The translations under genes and the position numbers were made by a program. The notes below the pieces were generated by a model. That model saw nothing but the letters and a program-made list of their open reading frames with translations. It did not search any database and had not been told where the DNA came from. DNA of 64,000 nucleotides from an uncultured Actinomycetes bacterium (GTDB lineage: Bacteria; Actinomycetota; Thermoleophilia; Solirubrobacterales; 70-9), in the NCBI GenBank assembly GCA_963696955.1, contig CAVOMF010000002.1, positions 354,044 to 418,043 of the forward strand. Reading direction: 5' to 3'. The stretch's first letter is position 1. Each line of letters starts with the position of its first letter. This document shows, one piece after another, positions 8,388 to 15,740 of this stretch.

Positions 8388-8621
8388 ATGCCGAGGAAGC
8401 CGCGCAACTGGAACGACCCAGCGGGCCTTGATCCAAGGACTGGCGAAGAGCTCCGCGTCTGCGATCTCATTCGAATTGGCGAGGAAATCCTCGGCGTGCG
8501 TCACAATCCAGAGCGAGCTAAGCGATGGCACGCATGGCGAGAGGAACTGACTGATGACCAACGCAGGCAATACACGAGAGCCCGTGGAAAACGGCCGCAA
8601 GGCAGAGCTACTGGTTGGTGA
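8388..8621 (+). CDS. hypothetical small protein
   Basis: 77-aa ORF in the less GC-rich patch. No recognisable motif. A 10-bp hairpin (8351-8386) ends 1 nt before the ATG. Confidence 0.3.
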   Translation: MPRKPRNWNDPAGLDPRTGEELRVCDLIRIGEEILGVRHNPERAKRWHAWREELTDDQRRQYTRARGKRPQGRATGW

Positions 8622-9093
8622 GGCAGACGAGTTGCTCGCCAGCGCGCTTGCGCCTGGGCATTGGCCGGAGTCCGATGAGGTTGATCGGTTTCTTTCAGAG
8701 GGCAAGCTGGATCGCGTCCTAGCGCTATACGGCCATGCGATGCGTCTGGACGCCGATGAGCCCTCCTACCCATGGAACCTTGCGTCGGCGATGAATCGCC
8801 TTGGACTTAATGACCTTGCGTTGGGGTTTCTCAGCCGAGCGATCCACTTGGCGGAGCAAAGGGAAGAAGGCGAGTGGTCTGGACCGGATGCTCAACTTGC
8901 CTTGGCCGAGATGGCGATGGATGCCGGTGAGTACGACCTAGCCCTCACCGCTCTCGCGCATGCCCGCGAGGCGGACGAGTCAAGTGACCTTTGGGATCAA
9001 GTCAAGGAGCTTCTCGTTGAGATCGGTCGCCAGCGCAAAGACCCGAAGCCGCAGGCGTCTTTGGCCTCGCTCCTTGAGCAGCTTCCGGCGTAG
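8554..9093 (+). CDS. hypothetical protein, TPR-like helical repeats
   Basis: 179 aa. Repeated Ala/Leu-rich helix pairs (YPWNLASAMNRLGLNDLALGFLSRAIHLA; AQLALAEMAMDAGEYDLALTALAHA). Confidence 0.45.
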   Translation: MTNAGNTREPVENGRKAELLVGEADELLASALAPGHWPESDEVDRFLSEGKLDRVLALYGHAMRLDADEPSYPWNLASAMNRLGLNDLALGFLSRAIHLAEQREEGEWSGPDAQLALAEMAMDAGEYDLALTALAHAREADESSDLWDQVKELLVEIGRQRKDPKPQASLASLLEQLPA

Positions 9094-9133
9094 CAAAGAC
9101 CGATACATCCGTTCCAAGGCGTACCTTCGAAGA

Positions 9134-9304
9134 ATGAAGGTGCATCTCAACATCAATTACGAGGTCGAGGACGACGACCCTCAGATCGAGGAGGTCGGAA
9201 TGCAGATCGTCGGCGAGGAGGCACGCGCATTCGGCGCTGCAATCCGCGACCGCCTCTCTGAGGCCGGGGTCGATATCCGGGAGTTCGAGGTCAAGGCAGC
9301 CTAG
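9134..9304 (+). CDS. hypothetical small acidic protein
   Basis: Internal ATG of the 8960-9304 ORF: MKVHLNINYEVEDDDPQIEEVGMQIVGEEARAFGAAIRDRLSEAGVDIREFEVKAA. Confidence 0.3.
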   Translation: MKVHLNINYEVEDDDPQIEEVGMQIVGEEARAFGAAIRDRLSEAGVDIREFEVKAA

Positions 9305-9354
9305 GCCCGACTTGGTTCCAGACCGAGGTCGGGGCTAGTTGCAGAGAGGGCGAA

Positions 9355-10107
9355 ATGGCTCTCGCGGCACAAACGCGGAAGATTCTTTGGGCGCGATCAG
9401 GTAACCAATGCGCCAAATGTCAGGCTGCGCTAGTCGCGCCTGACGAGGTGGCGAAAGGTAAGCCTGCAATCGTAGGTCAGGAGTGCCACATCGTCGCCAG
9501 GGCTCCAGATGGACCACGGGGGCGTGAGCAGGCGGATTGCGATTTGGATGACTACGCCAACCTGATCTTGCTTTGCGCCAATTGCCATGTGGTTGTGGAT
9601 GGCTGCCCGGATCTCTTTTCACGGGTTGAGCTATTGCGAATTAAGAAGGAGCATGAGAGCCGCTTGGCCGCCCGTGATGGGAACCCGTTTCAGTTCCCCA
9701 GGCTTCGGATTGAGGAGCCGGATTCGGCACCCGCGCTGATACGCATTGATCACGGCAAGACGCTACTTGACGTATTTCGTTCTGCCTGTGTCGGAAGCCG
9801 AAAGGTTCCGCCGCTGCTTTCCAGTGACCAGCGCTCGCTCGTTGTGGACTTCCTTGACTCATTTGACTGCTGGAACGAAGCCTATGAGGAGGTTGGTTGG
9901 GGTCGGCAGCTTGAAGCCGAGCACGACCTCGATGATCAATTGGAAGCCTTGCGTGATGTGGGCCTGTTCGTGTTTGCCGGGACGAAGAAATGCACGATGG
10001 TCGCGGAAGGGCGGGACCCAGTTCCATGGCCACATGCGATCTTGGTCGTCGTCCACGAAGTGGACGCCAGAGCCGACTCCAATGAGCAATTCAAGCAACC
10101 CGTCTGA
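9355..10107 (+). CDS. HNH endonuclease with an unknown C-terminal domain
   Basis: SGNQCAKCQ...GQECHIVARAPDGPRG...YANLILLCANCHVVVD is the Cys-rich HNH (beta-beta-alpha-metal) signature. Confidence 0.8.
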   Translation: MALAAQTRKILWARSGNQCAKCQAALVAPDEVAKGKPAIVGQECHIVARAPDGPRGREQADCDLDDYANLILLCANCHVVVDGCPDLFSRVELLRIKKEHESRLAARDGNPFQFPRLRIEEPDSAPALIRIDHGKTLLDVFRSACVGSRKVPPLLSSDQRSLVVDFLDSFDCWNEAYEEVGWGRQLEAEHDLDDQLEALRDVGLFVFAGTKKCTMVAEGRDPVPWPHAILVVVHEVDARADSNEQFKQPV

Positions 10108-10496
10108 AGAGCCGCCATCGGGCGGGAGCGAGCTACCGTGGCCGCGATCTGGCGGCCACGTTTTCATTTCCGGAGACGACTGGTGGATGAATGCATGCGT
10201 CAACTGGGGAGGAGGCTGGACTCTCTATGCGATCGGCTACAGGAATGCAGGAGACGTCTTGGTCGAGCGTGTGGAACAAGACAGGGGAGAGGCTGACGCG
10301 CTGGTCTATCCAATCGTCTTCTGTTACCGCCAGTACATAGAGCTGATGCTCAAGGACACGTTGATGGAGGCTCGTCGCTACCACGGCATTGACGAACCGT
10401 TTGAGGAGCATCCAGAGGTCATTGGCTTGGGCAAGATCGTTTCAACTGATGCAGGACTCGTCGCCAATCGTGAAGTTCTTGAGCCAGCTGGCATGA
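10082..10496 (+). pseudogene. hypothetical protein overlapping the HNH gene end; apparent +1 frameshift near 10410
   Basis: ATG 10082 lies 26 nt inside the HNH gene and opens ...GGWTLYAIGYRNAGDVLVERVE...YPIVFCYRQYIELMLKDTLMEARRYHGIDEPFEEH. The original frame then stays open antisense through the next gene. The +1 frame instead gives IQRSLAWARSFQLMQDSSPIVKFLSQLA and a stop at 10494-10496. Confidence 0.35.
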
Positions 10497-10693
10497 CGAG
10501 TTTGCAGGCGGCGCTTCGTCGATACGAGTACTCCTGGGGCTCGTTGCACGGTGGCATCTACGTGACGGATGAGGCGGAAGACGAGATTGACGATGAGAGT
10601 CAGACCGATGAGACCTCCCTCGTCTTCAGTGATGGCCGGCTGATGGCTGATCGCGACGACGCCCACCGACGCGCCGATCCGCGACGCTCTGGG

Positions 10694-11980
10694 CTAGCTC
10701 TTTGGCGATTGCCGCCCCATCATGCTCATGCCCCGCTCGAGCCGGCGGACGGTGGTCGCGCCTGGCGGCACCGGGACGGCGCGGAAGGTCGGGGCCGGCA
10801 GGTGCAGGCGGAAGGCGATCCTGCCCTGGCGGTCGAAGCCGGTGAGGAGCTTGTTGTCGCCCCAGCTGACGAGCCAGCCGCCACCGGGCAGTTCCCGCGC
10901 CGAGCCGCAGCAGTGGCTCCGCTTCACCTCCGGGTCGTTGAGCTGTCCCTTGTAGATGGCCTTGCCGGCGCCGAGGTCGAGCTTGTAGAAGACGACGCGC
11001 GGGCGGCGGGGGCGGTCCTTGCCGTTGTCGAAGATCGTCAGCCGGCCGTAGCGATCGAGGCGGGCGTCGTGCTGGCCCCCGAGCAGCTTCGTCGCCGGGT
11101 CGCCGACCACCCGCAGGGAGTTGCCGGTGTGGCTGCCGCCGAGCTTCCAGTTGATCTCCCCGCCGGCGCGGTCGATCCCGTAGACGGCATCGGTGTGGCG
11201 GGTGGAGATGATCACTTCGTCCCGCCCCCGCGGCTCGATCGAGTTGATGTGGACGGGGTCGTAGGCCTCGCGCTGGAGCCGGCGGCGCGGGTTGCTGAGC
11301 ACGCTGTGCCACCAGCGGCCCGTCTCCGAGAGGGCGATGTGGCCGCGCGAGTTCCAGCTCCAGAGAACCTTCCCGGCGGGGTCGACTTCCTGCGCTTCGG
11401 CGGAGACGATCGTCGCCCGCCTGGGGCCGCCGACGCGACGCAGGTCGGCCGTTTCCGGGACGTAGGTGTCGAGGAACACGTTGCCGTTCGCGAGCTCGCG
11501 GTACTCGTGACCGTCGACGATCGACCCCTCGGTCTTGACCAGGCGCAGCAGCTTGCCCGACTCCGAGCGCACCTCGTGGGCCATCCGCGGGTCGAGCCCG
11601 TAACCGTCGCCGAAGGAGCGCGCCCAGACGACGCTGCCGTCGCCGACGATCTGCCCCCACAGCGCTCGCGTATCGGGGTTGAACCACCAGCGAGGCCTGC
11701 CTTCGGTGTCGAAGACGATCACCCAGGGGCGCCCGTCCTCGCCCGAATAGGTGACGACGAAGAGGCCGAAGGGCACCGGGCGGATCGATTCGAACCGCGT
11801 CGGCGGGAAATCCGCCGGCGGTTTGGGGAGGTGGGACGCCGGCTGCGCTCTCGCGTCATCAGGCTCGCCACCGGCCTGTCCGCATCCGCTGAGAAGAAGC
11901 AGCGAGACGATCGCCAGCGGGAGCAGGGCGCCCACGGCACGGATCGACCTCGAACGATGGCGCAGCAGGATCTGCACCAA
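10694..11980 (-). CDS. arylsulfotransferase (ASST)-family lipoprotein
   Basis: 428 aa. Signal peptide plus lipobox LLLLSGC. Beta-propeller-like ASST sequence (HEYRELANGNVFLDTY, DPVHINSIE, GGQHDARLDRYGRLTIFDNG). Confidence 0.7.
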   Translation of the reverse strand: MVQILLRHRSRSIRAVGALLPLAIVSLLLLSGCGQAGGEPDDARAQPASHLPKPPADFPPTRFESIRPVPFGLFVVTYSGEDGRPWVIVFDTEGRPRWWFNPDTRALWGQIVGDGSVVWARSFGDGYGLDPRMAHEVRSESGKLLRLVKTEGSIVDGHEYRELANGNVFLDTYVPETADLRRVGGPRRATIVSAEAQEVDPAGKVLWSWNSRGHIALSETGRWWHSVLSNPRRRLQREAYDPVHINSIEPRGRDEVIISTRHTDAVYGIDRAGGEINWKLGGSHTGNSLRVVGDPATKLLGGQHDARLDRYGRLTIFDNGKDRPRRPRVVFYKLDLGAGKAIYKGQLNDPEVKRSHCCGSARELPGGGWLVSWGDNKLLTGFDRQGRIAFRLHLPAPTFRAVPVPPGATTVRRLERGMSMMGRQSPKS

Positions 11981-12089
11981 TCGAGCTTACGGACCGCCGC
12001 TGGCCGGGCTACTGCTACGGTGAGTAGGTCGGGTTTGGCCGATTCGCCACCCGAGAGGTTCCGTTTCCTCCTCGTGCTTCATTGGCGCC

Positions 12090-13339
12090 TTGGGGTCGCA
12101 GGATCTCCCTAAGACGTTCAAAACAGGAGTTCACAACATCACTACCTTTGCCGATCTCGGCACTTCCAAGCCGGTGGTCGACGCCCTCAGCGCGCGCTCG
12201 ATCACCCAGCCGTTCCCCGTTCAGGAGATGGTCGTCCGCGATGCGCTCGCCGGCCGCGACCTCCTCGTCCAATCGCCCACCGGGTCGGGCAAGACGCTCG
12301 CCTTCGGCGTCCCCATGGTCGACCTGATCGAGCCCGGGGGCAAGGGCCCGCAGCGCCCTCGTCCTCGCTCCCACCCGGGAGCTCGCCGGCCAGATCGTCG
12401 TCGAGCTGGAGGCACTCGCCAAGGCCCGCCGCCTGAAGATCGCCGCCGTCTACGGCGGCGTCGGCTTCGGGCCGCAGATCGCCGCCGCGCGACGCGCCGA
12501 CATCCTCGTCGCCACCCCGGGCCGCCTCGAGGACCTGATCGGCCGCGGCGCCGTCTCGCTCGAAAGCGATCCGCGTGCTCGTCCTCGACGAGGCCGACCG
12601 GATGCTCGACATGGGCTTCCGCCCCGCCGTCGACCGGATCGTCGGCCAGACGCCGAGCGACCGCCAGACGCTCTTCTTCTCGGCGACCCTCGAGGGCGCG
12701 ACCGGCAAGGTCGCCGCCGCCTACACCCGCGAGGCCCGCTCCCACACCCACGCCGAGCCCGAGCGCGACGAAGGCCAACATCGAGCACCGCTTCCTCCCG
12801 GTCGACTCGCAGGGCGCCAAGCTCGAGCACCTCGTCGACCCACCTCTCGGGCGCCGACGCCGGCCGCTCGCTCGTCTTCGTCCGCACCAAGCGCGGCGCC
12901 GACCGGCTGGTCAAGCGGCTGCGCAGCCGCCAGGTCGACGCCGTCGCGATGCACGGCGACAAGAGCCAGAGCCAGCGCGAGCGGGCGCTGGCGCGCTTCG
13001 AGCGCGGCGAGGTGATGACCCTGGTCGCGACCGACGTCGCCGCCCGCGGCATCGACATCCCCGACGTCGCCCACGTGATCAACTACGACGCCCCCGAGGA
13101 CCGCGACGCCTACGTCCACCGGGTCGGCCGCACCGGCCGCGCCGGGCGCACCGGCACCGGCATCAGCTTCGTCCTCGCCGAGCAGGCCGAGGAGATGCGC
13201 CGCATCACCGCCAGCCTCGGGCTCGACGACGGCCTCGGCGCGCCGCAGCGCTCCGCCGGGACCGCCGCCACAGCGGGCCTCCGGTTCCGCGTCACGCCGG
13301 CGTCGCAACCGGCGCCGCCGCAGCAAGGCCGCGGCCTGA
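12090..13339 (+). pseudogene. DEAD-box RNA helicase interrupted by about five +1 frameshifts
   Basis: All helicase motifs are present but spread over three frames: PFPVQE / SPTGSGKTLAF (frame 0), ALVLAPTRELAGQI, ILVATPGRL (frame 1), [21 protein letters not shown] (frame 2), NIEHRF (frame 0), [33 protein letters not shown] (frame 1), and the basic tail RRRRNRRRRSKAAA* (frame 2). Confidence 0.85.
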
Positions 13340-13342
13340 GGC

Positions 13343-13717
13343 ATGGCCGCCGAGGCCGTCAGATGGAGCTGCGCCCGCTGCGAGGTCTCGGTCGGCCGGA
13401 TTGACGGCGGGGCGACGCTGCTGCCAGGAACCTGGTCGCGGTCTGACGGGCAGATCCTCTGCCTGACCTGCAGCCGCGCCCAGGCCGGTGAGATGGCGAT
13501 GGAATCGGCCCCCGACGCGACCTCGCGCGAGGATCTGGTCCGGCTCCGGCGTACCGCCCTGATCGAGTTCGAGATCGACCGCGCGCCGGAAGCGCCGAAC
13601 CGCACCATCGCCCTCGCCTGCCGTACCTCGAGCGCCGCGGTCGCCGCTGTCCGCACCGAGCTGGAGGACCTCGCGGCGCCCGCGCCCCCCGACCTCGACG
13701 CCCACCGCGTCGCCTAG
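13343..13717 (+). CDS. hypothetical zinc-ribbon protein
   Basis: 124 aa. WSCARCEVS...ILCLTCS gives a CxxC...CxxC pair. The ATG lies 3 nt after the inferred helicase stop. Confidence 0.5.
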   Translation: MAAEAVRWSCARCEVSVGRIDGGATLLPGTWSRSDGQILCLTCSRAQAGEMAMESAPDATSREDLVRLRRTALIEFEIDRAPEAPNRTIALACRTSSAAVAAVRTELEDLAAPAPPDLDAHRVA

Positions 13718-13726
13718 GGGCTCGCC

Positions 13727-14585
13727 GTGGAGATCGGGATCGGCCTCGCCGCGGCCGTCGCGCTGATGACGAACCTCGCCTCGCTGCTCAAGCACCGTGG
13801 CTGCCAGCACGCGCATCCCGTCTCGATCAGCCAACCGCTCTCAAGCCTCCGCGGCCTCGCCGCCTCGCCCTGGTTCGCCGCCGGCTGGGGACTTGCAGCC
13901 CTCGCCTGGCTCGCCCACATCGCCGCCCTCTCGCTGGCCCCGATCTCGCTCGTGCAGGCGGTGCTCGCCGGCGGCGCGGTCACCCTCGCAGTGCTCTGGC
14001 AGCGCCTCTTCGGCGGCCGGGTCGAGCGCAGGCAGTGGCTGGCACTGGCGCTCGGCGGCGGCGGGCTCGCCCTTCTCGCGGCGACGCTTCCCCACTTCCA
14101 CGGCGCCCATTCGGGCTTCTCCGTACCGGCGATCGTCAGCTTCGAGGGCGGCCTGGTCCTGCTGGCGGCCGGGGTCGCGCTCTGCCACCGCGCCCCCCGC
14201 CTCGCCGCCCGCCGCGGGGTTCTGCTCGCGGTCCTCGCCGGCCTTCTCTTCGCCCTCGCCGGGATCGCGATCAAGGCCCTCACCGGCGGCGCCGGCGAGC
14301 TGGCCGCTGATCGCATCCCTGCTGGTGCTGACCCTCGCCTGCGGCGCCCTCGCCCAATACACGGCGGTCGCCGCTCTACAGAGCGGCGGCGCGATCGAGA
14401 CGATCGGCCTGATGGGAATCGTCGCCAATGCGACCCAGATCCTCGGCGGCATCCTCGTCTTCGGCGACCCCCTCTCCCCCAGCCCTCTCGGGATCACGCT
14501 CCAGATCACCGCCCTGGCGATGGTCTGCCTGTCCGCACTCCTGCTTCCGTCCTCGATCGCCGGCCGACGCCTGGAGCCGGCATAA
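13727..14585 (+). pseudogene. DMT/EamA-like integral membrane protein with one +1 frameshift near 14295
   Basis: The hydrophobic N-part ends ...FALAGIAIKALTGGAGE in the 13727 frame. It continues as WPLIASLLVLTLACGALAQYTAVAALQSGGAIETIGLMGIVANATQILGGILVFGDPLS in the 13797 frame. Confidence 0.6.
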
Positions 14586-14642
14586 GGGACCTGGACTCGG
14601 TAACGCTTCGTATCGCTGCGGATCCCTGCGTACGATGAGCAC

Positions 14643-15026
14643 ATGGGCGAACTGCCGAGGTTGCCGGCGGAGGCTAGGGAGATCGTGGCGCGCAATGGGA
14701 TCGACCGGGTACGGGCGACGCGAAAGCTTCGCGATGTACTGATTCGTGCCGCCAGGGGAGACGGTGAGGCGGCGTCCATCCGGACGGTCTCGGTCCTCGG
14801 CTCGTATGCCCGTGGGGCGGCTTCGGTCGGAGATATCGACCTCACGGTCGATGTCGACGATCCCAGGGACGAACGCACTGCTCAGCTGAACGACCTCTAC
14901 GCGCGGTTCAGAGGTGAGAATCCAGAAGCCCCCCTGCTACGCGAGTCTGCGCTGCTCCGGATCGTCGATGGTCAACGCAGTCGTTGTCCGCAGGTTCGGG
15001 CCCCACCCAGAGCCGGTCCCGCCTGA
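14643..15026 (+). CDS. Pol-beta superfamily nucleotidyltransferase (minimal NTase domain)
   Basis: VSVLGSYARGAASVGDIDLTVDVDD provides the GS loop and DxD, with a later acidic strand LLRIVDG. May be fused to the next ORF if a +1 shift near 14930-14975 is an artefact. Confidence 0.65.
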   Translation: MGELPRLPAEAREIVARNGIDRVRATRKLRDVLIRAARGDGEAASIRTVSVLGSYARGAASVGDIDLTVDVDDPRDERTAQLNDLYARFRGENPEAPLLRESALLRIVDGQRSRCPQVRAPPRAGPA

Positions 15027-15735
15027 GAAATGGCGCGATGACATCGGCCCCGGTTTTGAACTGGCTCGCCCACCCACGCTCGGTCATGTGGTTACGAACC
15101 AACCACTCGCCGGTCCTTCCTACCTCCTCTTCGTCCGTGGCGATACGGAGGAGAGAGCGTTGGAGCGACTGACGGCAATCAAGGAAGACCCGACGGCGTC
15201 GCGCTTCGAACGTACGACGAAGGTGCCGTTGCTGGATGAGCTCATCGATCTGATCGGAGTCGAAGTGCAGGACAAGCTTGCGAAGCTCGTCCTCGCCGGC
15301 GGCTTGAACCTCGAGGCCGTGGTGCTGCAGGGGGACGTCGAGCCTCCTGAGCCCGTGGTTCAGTTCGAGGCCGAGGGTGACCCGATTCCAGGCGGCAAGG
15401 CCCGCCGAGAGGTCGTGCTGTCAGCTGTGAATCACTCATTGGAAGCGGGGATCGCGCCTTCTGAAATTTCACTGCGCGGCTCACCCTTGATCAAGGGTGA
15501 GCGTGAGGGCGACGTCCTGCTCGACTGGGGATCGATGACTCTGTTCAGGGCCGGTGAACTGCTGCGCAACGAGTGGTACCGGGTGGTGTTCGTCATCCTT
15601 GGCTCACACCGCAAGGGACCCTGGATTGGACTCGAATGCACCGTGCGCAGCAAGGCCGCTTTGGAGGAAACCGAAGCAGCGGAAGCGCGCCGGATCTCCC
15701 AGCGTTTGTCCGATAGCTCCGACGGCTCGGCTTGA
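14968..15735 (+). CDS. hypothetical protein (about 255 aa), middle gene of the NTase/SLOG operon
   Basis: ATG 14968 (MVNAVVVRRFGPHPEP...) sits in the +1 frame relative to the NTase ORF and overlaps it by 59 nt. No motif recognised. Its stop lies 5 nt before the next ATG. Confidence 0.45.
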   Translation: MVNAVVVRRFGPHPEPVPPEKWRDDIGPGFELARPPTLGHVVTNQPLAGPSYLLFVRGDTEERALERLTAIKEDPTASRFERTTKVPLLDELIDLIGVEVQDKLAKLVLAGGLNLEAVVLQGDVEPPEPVVQFEAEGDPIPGGKARREVVLSAVNHSLEAGIAPSEISLRGSPLIKGEREGDVLLDWGSMTLFRAGELLRNEWYRVVFVILGSHRKGPWIGLECTVRSKAALEETEAAEARRISQRLSDSSDGSA

Positions 15736-15740
15736 GAAAC

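Noticed and set aside
8079-8705. 208-aa minus-strand ORF
   Set aside because: It is Ser/Arg/Pro-rich and antisense to two more plausible plus-strand ORFs (8388-8621 and 8554-9093).
9746-12112. 788-aa plus-strand ORF, the second-longest in the track
   Set aside because: Beyond about 10.45 kb it is Arg/Ala/Pro/Gly-rich low-complexity sequence lying exactly antisense to the well-formed arylsulfotransferase gene (10694-11980). This is a typical high-GC shadow ORF. Only its 10082-10410 part looks coding.
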